Positions 58,094-64,000 of a DNA stretch of 64,000 bases are shown one piece after another. The stretch covers positions 10,005 through 74,004 of the forward strand of contig JAFPUE010000074.1 of NCBI GenBank assembly GCA_017395555.1. The letters run 5' to 3'. The DNA comes from Ruminiclostridium sp. (GTDB lineage Bacteria; Bacillota; Clostridia; Oscillospirales; Ruminococcaceae). The position numbers were made by a program, and so were the translations under genes. Positions within the stretch are counted from its first letter, which is position 1, and each line of letters begins with the position of its first letter. The notes beneath the pieces are model-generated. The model had not been told where the DNA came from, did not search any database, and saw only the letters and a list, made by a program, of their open reading frames with translations.

Positions 58094-58122
58094 ATCATAA
58101 CACATTTCCTGCTTTTTTGCAA
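58094..58122 (-). promoter_or_regulatory. Sigma-A promoter of the radical SAM/GH3 operon
   Basis: Minus strand TTGCAA-17 nt-TATGAT with TG at the extended -10 position, about 30 nt before the RS1 ATG. Confidence 0.7.
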
Positions 58123-58158
58123 TATGTACGCGGAAAACAAAAGCGCCGCCGTAAACTG

Positions 58159-58187
58159 AAAAAGCCTGTACCATGCGGTACAGGCCT
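58159..58187 (-). terminator. Intrinsic terminator after the membrane GGDEF gene
   Basis: GCCTGTACC/GGTACAGGC stem with a T5 tract on the minus strand. Confidence 0.75.
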
Positions 58188-58201
58188 TCCGGTATTTCGT
58201 A

Positions 58202-59929
58202 TTATTCGTCTTTCTTTTCGCCGTCATTGTTTGCCGGTGTTTCGATAATAAGCTCGTCGAGGGATATTGCGTCTTCCGCGGGCTTGCTGTCAGCAGCTTC
58301 CTCTGCCGCCGCTTCATTGGCTGCGGGAGTTTCGATGATAAACTCGTCGAGGGATATGGCATCTTCCGCGGGCTTGCTGTCTGCTGCCGGAGCATCTGCG
58401 GGCTTGTCGGAATCCGGGATGACCTCAACAAAATCGCTCTCCGAGAATCCGCGGCTGTTGCCTGCACGCAGCGAATAACCGTGTCCGCCGCTGTCCTTGA
58501 TCTTATTGAGCTCTTCCTCTGCGATGACCGCGAGATCTTCATAATCTCTGCCGTTGTCCGGAACGGTGACACCGCCGACGGAAACGCCCACGGAAACGCT
58601 TACCGAAGCGCCGAACTGCTTTTTGAGAGCATCGTTGATCTGCTCTTCAAGTCTCATGGTGAGGTGCGCGATAACGCCCTCGCTGGTGCAGTCCTTGAGG
58701 AATACCGCGAACAGCTCGCCGCCGAGCTTTCCTCTTACGTCGTCGGTATTGGTATTGTTCCTGAGCAGCGTACCGAAGCTCGCTATGAGCTTGTTTGCTT
58801 CCTCGTGACCGTAGAGGTTGTTTATGCTCTTGAAGCCGTCGAAGCTGATGTTGAGCAGAGTACCGCTCTGCGAGGAGCAGGTCTCGGTGAGTATGTCAAT
58901 GAGCTTTGTGCGGTTGTAAAGACCTGTGATGCTGTCGATAGCGGCTTCCTCGTTAAGTCTGCTGTTGCGAAGCTCCTGCTCGGTAACGTCGTGGATCATA
59001 ACGATAAGGCAGTCGCAGTCGCCGCGGTAGTCGGTGTAGCTGGTCTTTTTGAGTGCGAACACGCGATCGCCGCGCTTTATCGACTCGGACTCGGTAACGG
59101 TGGAAACGAAGGTGCTGAGCTTTTCGGGATCGGATTCGGAGAGTTCAAGGAACACGCTCTTTGCCGTTCTGTTCGCGAAGAGGAAGTGCTTTTCCTTGTC
59201 GAGGATGATAACGCCGTCATTGGTGCTGTCGATACTGCAGCTCTTACCAAATTCGAGGATATCCGCGATATCCAGCTTTCTTACCATAACGAGCAGCAGG
59301 ATATCAGCGATAAGGACTGCGATAAGTGTTATGAGACCGGAGGACATGATGAATCCGCCGGCAGCCGCGCAGATAACGAGCACGATCGAGAAGAACGCGA
59401 GTGCGTTCATAGCGGGGGAGACCTTAACGAGCTTGCGTCCCATAGCGGAGAGGGCGAACCCGGACACCGCAGCCGCGAGCAGTGCCATGATGCCGTTTAC
59501 GATGTAGAGTACCACATTGTAGTTGCCGGAGACAGCGCCGTCTTTGATCGCAACGCTTGTTATACCCATACCGTGAATGTGCATTGTTATCATAAACAGT
59601 ATGTAAATTCCCGTTATTACAGCCGCAGTGAGTTTGAACTGCTTGGGTACGAGCACACCGCTGACCTCGGTTATCGCGAATGCGAAGGATACGCCGGTCA
59701 CAGCGAGGGCGATGAATGTGATCGCGGTGGTGAGTACAGCCGCGTTCAGGTTAAGGTTACCCGACTCGGAGTACATGGACAGGAGATAGCTTGCGGCGGC
59801 GAAAACGAACGAGCCGGAGCAGGCTGCCGCGGTCCATGTCTTTGTACCGGTTGATCTTGAAAAGACCGCTAATGCGCCGGTGATCACGGATATCAGCATA
59901 ATTGCAGCCATTAAAATTTGTTCTAACAT
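58202..59929 (-). CDS. Membrane (7TM-like) sensor + PAS + degenerate GGDEF protein with acidic repeat tail
   Basis: About 7 TM N-terminus; DGVIILD..FAN..A (PAS); DSITGLYNR, FKSINNLYGH, KLGGELF. Confidence 0.82.
   Translation of the reverse strand: MLEQILMAAIMLISVITGALAVFSRSTGTKTWTAAACSGSFVFAAASYLLSMYSESGNLNLNAAVLTTAITFIALAVTGVSFAFAITEVSGVLVPKQFKLTAAVITGIYILFMITMHIHGMGITSVAIKDGAVSGNYNVVLYIVNGIMALLAAAVSGFALSAMGRKLVKVSPAMNALAFFSIVLVICAAAGGFIMSSGLITLIAVLIADILLLVMVRKLDIADILEFGKSCSIDSTNDGVIILDKEKHFLFANRTAKSVFLELSESDPEKLSTFVSTVTESESIKRGDRVFALKKTSYTDYRGDCDCLIVMIHDVTEQELRNSRLNEEAAIDSITGLYNRTKLIDILTETCSSQSGTLLNISFDGFKSINNLYGHEEANKLIASFGTLLRNNTNTDDVRGKLGGELFAVFLKDCTSEGVIAHLTMRLEEQINDALKKQFGASVSVSVGVSVGGVTVPDNGRDYEDLAVIAEEELNKIKDSGGHGYSLRAGNSRGFSESDFVEVIPDSDKPADAPAADSKPAEDAISLDEFIIETPAANEAAAEEAADSKPAEDAISLDELIIETPANNDGEKKDE
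58225..58386. repeat. 90-bp-period duplication encoding AADSKPAEDAISLDE[FL]IIETPA
   Basis: Two near-identical copies in the C-terminal tail of the GGDEF protein. Confidence 0.85.
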
Positions 59930-60059
59930 ATTGACACCTTCCGAAAAAGTATGATACCGTCGTGTAAATTCGACTTATCTATTATAATATCAAAAAGCTG
60001 ATTTGTCAATATATATTTATAATGTACAGGCAATTTTAGTTCTTTTCTTCACGGTTAAC

Positions 60060-60095
60060 GAAAAAAACAGCCGCTCTTACCACAGAACGGCTGTC
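60060..60095 (-). terminator. Intrinsic terminator after the TetR-CAT-GNAT operon
   Basis: ACAGCCG/CGGCTGT stem with a long T-tract on the minus strand. Confidence 0.7.
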
Positions 60096-60209
60096 AATTG
60101 AATTTCCGTGTTACGGGTTCCGGTGCAGCGCGTCGCTGCCGCGGTCAAGGGCGCGCAGCCCTTGTCCCGTCCGGAAGGACAGCGCGAAGGCGCTTTAGAA
60201 GAGACCCTC

Positions 60210-60833
60210 TCAGAATATCTGTCCCGGGAGTTTCAGCTTTTCCTTTGGCGGGAACGCCTTGTCAAATTCCTCTACATCCTCGTCCTTGACATAGTACCCC
60301 TGCGGAGTCTGATAAACGCCCGTAACGCCGTCGAGATAGCCCGGTATCAGCTCTTTGCCCAGGAAGAACGAAGCGTCCGCGTCTTCCGGCAGATCGTGGT
60401 ATCTTATGCCGAATTTGCTTGAATAATCGAAGCCGCTCTTGCCGTAGAAGCCGATGTTGCCCTCAAACAGCACCGCACCGAAGCCGAGCTCCGCCGCCTT
60501 TTCCAGCGAGTAGTCGAGCAGTATCTTACCGTAGCCCCTGCGTTTGAGCTCCGGGGTTATGCAGACAGGACCCATTGTCAGCACGTCGATGATTCTGCCG
60601 TCGTCGGCATTTATGATCGTCTTCATGAACATATTCTGCCCTATGAGCCTGTCGTCCTGCTCCATAACAAAATCGAGCTCCTTTACAAAAGCCGGATCGT
60701 CACGCAGAACGTGGATAACGTAATGCTCCGAGCAGCCGGGGCGATAGACGTTCCAGAACGCTTCTCTGATAAGATATTCGACATCTCTGTGGTCTTCGGG
60801 TCTTTCGGCGCGAATTATATAGTTATTGTTCAT
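60210..60833 (-). CDS. GNAT family N-acetyltransferase (YhbS-like)
   Basis: IRAERPED, REAFWNVYRPGC.EH, MGPVCITPELKRRGYG, FYGKSGF. Confidence 0.88.
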   Translation of the reverse strand: MNNNYIIRAERPEDHRDVEYLIREAFWNVYRPGCSEHYVIHVLRDDPAFVKELDFVMEQDDRLIGQNMFMKTIINADDGRIIDVLTMGPVCITPELKRRGYGKILLDYSLEKAAELGFGAVLFEGNIGFYGKSGFDYSSKFGIRYHDLPEDADASFFLGKELIPGYLDGVTGVYQTPQGYYVKDEDVEEFDKAFPPKEKLKLPGQIF

Positions 60834-60843
60834 TTGTTTTACC

Positions 60844-61500
60844 TCACTTATTATTTTCTGTAAAATCCTTTATTTCCTTTTCGAGCATACGGTACACGTT
60901 CGCAAGCAGGAACCCGTCCGCCGTGGCGTGGTTGAGACGCACCGTGAGCGGCATCATCAGCCTGCCGTTTTCCTCGCGGTATCTGCCCCAGTTCACGATC
61001 GGCAGGAAGTACAGATAGCCGTCCGGGAGCTCGACATTCACGCTGTCATAGGACAGCCACGATATGTATGACGCGTCGAACCAGTTCGGGTGATTTGCCG
61101 CGTCAAGCAAGTATTCCCGCGTCTGCTTCGCTTTTTCCAGATCCTCGGAAGCACAGCGGCAGAATGTCCCGTAGTCCTCGTAATACCGCGAGTAAACGGG
61201 TGTGCAGGTCTGCGTGTCATCGTGGAAAACGTACTGCGTCGGGTTAATGACATCGTAGCAGATAAGCTCGTCAGACTGCCACAGGTACCCCATTTTATAG
61301 TCATCGCGGGAATTGAGCACCTTTGTCAGCAGGTAGAGGAAGTCTATGTAGAATTTCGTTCCTCTGCGTTTTGCCGAGCTCACAAGCTCCGTTACATCCA
61401 CCCTTGCCGTCATCGACACCGAGCACTTGCAGTCCTCGGTGAAGTGGCGGTACACACCTTTTCTGTAATAGGTCTCCTTGTCAATTACTTTATATTCCAT
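60844..61500 (-). CDS. Type A chloramphenicol O-acetyltransferase family protein
   Basis: Length 218 aa; YRK..YRHF, SMTARVDVT, ISWLSY, PIVNWGRY, MPLTVRLNHATADGF (catalytic H...DG). Confidence 0.8.
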   Translation of the reverse strand: MEYKVIDKETYYRKGVYRHFTEDCKCSVSMTARVDVTELVSSAKRRGTKFYIDFLYLLTKVLNSRDDYKMGYLWQSDELICYDVINPTQYVFHDDTQTCTPVYSRYYEDYGTFCRCASEDLEKAKQTREYLLDAANHPNWFDASYISWLSYDSVNVELPDGYLYFLPIVNWGRYREENGRLMMPLTVRLNHATADGFLLANVYRMLEKEIKDFTENNK

Positions 61501-61595
61501 TTCCTTTTCCTCCGTTTATTATTATTATGTCGTTTTTGTATCTCTACCCGCCGTATGCAGGTAGAGATACGCTGTGGCTTTTATAAATGCCTGTT

Positions 61596-62255
61596 TTATT
61601 CAGTTTGTTTTTTGCTGTCGGTCAATATCACGCACCCGTGATAGATAAGATACAGCCCGGCGCTGAGCAGCACAGAGCCGATGATATCCGTAAGCCAGTG
61701 TACGCCGGAAACGGTCCTCCCCGACACCATAAACAGCGAGAACAGCAGCGCGAACACATCAACTGCATATTTCACGGCAGCTTTTTTCAGCCTGCGGTGC
61801 GACTGAAAGCACAGCGTCGGCATTACGCTCAGCACAAGAAGCGTGGTTGACGACGGGTAGGACGCTTCCATAAATCCGTCTATCGGTATCGGTCTGTAAT
61901 TTATCGGTATCATCTCGAATATCAGATATGCCGCGATCACGAGAATATAGTACAGCCCGAGCAGCAGGATATCCGCATCTACTCTGAACAGGCTCCTTCT
62001 GCCGAAAAGCTGTACCGCGCCCAGCACGGCGAATATCATACATACGCCTATCGGCACAAGTCCGAGCCAGTCCGTGACCGTGTAAAGTGTCATATTCACG
62101 CCTGTTGCCCGGTGGAACGCCGTATTTAAGGACGCAAATCCTATGTTTGTTCCGTTCTGTCCAACGGGCTGAACGTCAACGGTCTGTATGAGAAATGTCC
62201 AGATAACGAACAGGAGCAATGCCGATATGCCCGCGATCAATGTTTTGTTTTTCAA
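61596..62255 (-). CDS. PAP2-family membrane phosphatase
   Basis: NYRP, SYPSSTT, GRTVSGVHWLTDIIG; TM helices; TTG start. Confidence 0.85.
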   Translation of the reverse strand: MKNKTLIAGISALLLFVIWTFLIQTVDVQPVGQNGTNIGFASLNTAFHRATGVNMTLYTVTDWLGLVPIGVCMIFAVLGAVQLFGRRSLFRVDADILLLGLYYILVIAAYLIFEMIPINYRPIPIDGFMEASYPSSTTLLVLSVMPTLCFQSHRRLKKAAVKYAVDVFALLFSLFMVSGRTVSGVHWLTDIIGSVLLSAGLYLIYHGCVILTDSKKQTE

Positions 62256-62272
62256 ATCCCGTACCCTTCCGT

Positions 62273-63025
62273 TCAGTCTTTCAGTTCAACTTTTTTCGGC
62301 GTGAATTTCAGCACATACAGCAGATACAGTCCCGCAACGGCAATGCGTATGCTGACATTGAGGAGCTGTCCGCCCTGCTCGCTGCCCGCAATGTCGTTAA
62401 GAAGCTGCGCCGAGCCGAAGCCCGCGAGAACATTGTTGAGCGAGTGGAAAACTATGCAGGGAACGAGGCTGCCGGTCCTGATGAAGATGAACACGAGCAG
62501 GAAGCCCACGGTTATTGCATAGGCTATCTGTAACAGGTTGCTGACGATGTCGTAGCCGTTGAACAGGTTCACGATATGCCCGATACCGAATGTCACGGCG
62601 GAAACAATTATCGCGGAGGTCATGTTCTTCTTCGCCATGCCCCTGAACAGAAATCCGCGGAAGATCATTTCCTCAAGGTAGCCCGTAAACAGCATATACA
62701 CCGAGTGTATCACGATAGCGGGTGAGTCGTACTGCGGAGCGAAGCCGAATATGATTCCGACGGACGCGGTCAGCAGCAGGGGAATATACAGCAGCATTTT
62801 TCCCGCCGGAACCTCCGGCTTGCAGAGACCGAGGTGATAGCCCAGCCTGTTTTTGGAAATGAACACGGAAAGCACCGCAAACAGCACGATGCCGAATACC
62901 GCTTCCGCGAGAAATTCGATGCCGATCATCTCCGAAAACTGATTCATTACAGTCGAGCCCACAACGTATATCACTATGATTATTATTGCAAAAGTCACTT
63001 CGTTTTTATCAAACAGCTTTTTCAT
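62273..63025 (-). CDS. CPBP (CAAX/Abi) family intramembrane metalloprotease
   Basis: EEMIFRG, FGIGH, TGSLVPCIVFHSLNN. Confidence 0.9.
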   Translation of the reverse strand: MKKLFDKNEVTFAIIIIVIYVVGSTVMNQFSEMIGIEFLAEAVFGIVLFAVLSVFISKNRLGYHLGLCKPEVPAGKMLLYIPLLLTASVGIIFGFAPQYDSPAIVIHSVYMLFTGYLEEMIFRGFLFRGMAKKNMTSAIIVSAVTFGIGHIVNLFNGYDIVSNLLQIAYAITVGFLLVFIFIRTGSLVPCIVFHSLNNVLAGFGSAQLLNDIAGSEQGGQLLNVSIRIAVAGLYLLYVLKFTPKKVELKD

Positions 63026-63596
63026 ATCGGTTACCTCTCTTTACGGCTCCGACAGCACCGGTGAATGTGTTGTCGAGCAGCTTTGTGAAATATTCCTCGT
63101 CGTAGTCGAGCGAATTGTTTGCAAGCAGGCTCGCGGCTCCGTGTACGCAGATAAAAAGCATCGCGAAAACCTCTTTTGCCTGCTGCATTGTAAGCTCCGC
63201 GGCTTCGCAGAGCGGCTGAAACATAAAATCCATTCCGTCCGATTCAAGCAGCTCCTTGAAGCTCTCGCTGCGGAAATTGCCCGATTGGAACAGGAACACG
63301 AACAGGTGCTTTTCCTCGTTCGCAAAGCGTATATATTTCAGCCCGACAGAAAGCAGCGGGTTGGGTATGCTCTCGTCCGGCGTCATTATATACTCCGTGT
63401 GCAGCCCGTCCGCCGCTGCGTAAACATCGGCTCTGAGCTCATCGACGGTCTTGTAGTGGTACATCACCGGCTGTGTCGAGCAGCCGAGCTGTGCGGCAAC
63501 TCTGCGGACGTTGAGGCTGTCCGCGCCCTCGCTCCTGACTGCCTTCAGCCCCGCTTCGATTATCATTTCCTTTGTTATCTTTGCTTTCGGCGGCAT
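63009..63596 (-). CDS. TetR/AcrR family transcriptional regulator
   Basis: MPPKAKITKEMII, LNVRRVAAQLGCSTQPVMYHY HTH, C-terminal VHG; ATG after GAAAGGAAG. Confidence 0.92.
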   Translation of the reverse strand: MPPKAKITKEMIIEAGLKAVRSEGADSLNVRRVAAQLGCSTQPVMYHYKTVDELRADVYAAADGLHTEYIMTPDESIPNPLLSVGLKYIRFANEEKHLFVFLFQSGNFRSESFKELLESDGMDFMFQPLCEAAELTMQQAKEVFAMLFICVHGAASLLANNSLDYDEEYFTKLLDNTFTGAVGAVKRGNRYEKAV

Positions 63597-63620
63597 AACG
63601 AACTTCCTTTCGGGTTTGGA

Positions 63621-63648
63621 ATAACATTTGTTATATAACACTTGTTAT
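63621..63648. promoter_or_regulatory. Tandem palindromic operator (probable TetR site)
   Basis: ATAACA-TT-TGTTAT directly followed by ATAACA-CT-TGTTAT, overlapping the -10/+1 of the tetR promoter. Confidence 0.75.
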
Positions 63649-63674
63649 TATACCACTTTTTTCGGATTTGTCAA
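63647..63674 (-). promoter_or_regulatory. Sigma-A promoter of the tetR operon
   Basis: Minus strand TTGACA-16 nt-TATAAT with TGn extended -10. Confidence 0.8.
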
Positions 63675-63731
63675 TAGGTTTTTGCAAAATTTTTTAAATT
63701 TCCGAAGCGGCTGAAAATTCTTCCGGGCGAG

Positions 63732-63759
63732 TTGACAATCCCGAAAATAGTGGTATAAT
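63732..63759 (+). promoter_or_regulatory. Sigma-A promoter of the terminal ORF
   Basis: TTGACA-16 nt-TATAAT with TGn extended -10. Confidence 0.8.
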
Positions 63760-63781
63760 TAAAGAAATTCAATAAGAAACG

Positions 63782-64000
63782 GTGGACAATGGTGTGCATA
63801 AGATTTGTGATATAGATCTGTCGAAATACGGAATGGTTACAAATAAAGCGATATTAACTACAGAAGTTGTTTTAACCGATAAACAAGTAATCCATATAAC
63901 AGACGAGCGAGGAAAAGAATTCTTTGATAAGTATTCTCCTCGTTTTGCTGAGATATTGGTTGATCCTGACTATATTTTTAAGAGCAAAAATACAGAGAAA
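63782..64000 (+). CDS. 3'-truncated hypothetical protein, reminiscent of PBECR2 nuclease-fold proteins
   Basis: Open frame from GTG 63782 (or 63794) to the window end: HKICDIDLSKY...EVVLTDKQVIHITDER...EILVDPDYIF; low GC; strong promoter upstream. Confidence 0.5.
   Translation, partial: MDNGVHKICDIDLSKYGMVTNKAILTTEVVLTDKQVIHITDERGKEFFDKYSPRFAEILVDPDYIFKSKNTEK

Noticed and set aside
47605-58200. RiPP interpretation of the rSAM cluster
   Set aside because: I found no small precursor ORF with an RBS, no SPASM or RRE domain, and no peptidase or exporter, and the intergenic gaps are too short. A distant precursor cannot be excluded.
56764-58572. 602-aa version of RS1 with a long N-terminal extension (possible leader or precursor fusion)
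   Set aside because: The extension overlaps the GGDEF gene in another frame and crosses its terminator and the operon promoter. The RBS supports the start at 58062.
60844-61500. Calling this an acquired chloramphenicol resistance gene
   Set aside because: Family membership is clear, but the active-site region is divergent and no mobile element or inducible leader peptide is visible. Resistance is unproven.

Overview
This window looks like Firmicute (Clostridia, probably Ruminococcaceae/Oscillospiraceae-like) chromosomal DNA, judged from gene content, sigma-A promoters and RBS style. It has five blocks. (1) 1-9728: the distal part of a cobalamin biosynthesis operon plus a convergent cbiC. (2) 9877-17152: a CiaRH-like two-component system with two matching TTTAAG-N5-TTTAAG boxes, two secreted proteins (one Cthe_2159/DUF4353-like) and an MCP. 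(3) 17489-45168: a ~28 kb pectin/galacturonate utilisation locus with CE8, AraC, a GltD-like enzyme, an unusual ABC system (very large lipoprotein, five accessory membrane proteins, two ATPases), GH28, GH105, GH4, kduDI, kdgK, eda and uxaBAC. Its three promoters share a 21-bp motif exactly 42 nt upstream of the -10 box. (4) 47720-58062: a nine-gene minus-strand operon with five cobalamin-binding radical SAM enzymes, a GH3-family acyl-acid amido synthetase and three GNAT-fold proteins. This is the best candidate for an undescribed biosynthetic system. (5) 58202-64000: a degenerate GGDEF protein, a TetR-led CPBP/PAP2/CAT/GNAT operon and a truncated ORF. I saw no rRNA, tRNA, CRISPR array, integrase or transposase. 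All calls come from motif reading by eye; no database searches were run.
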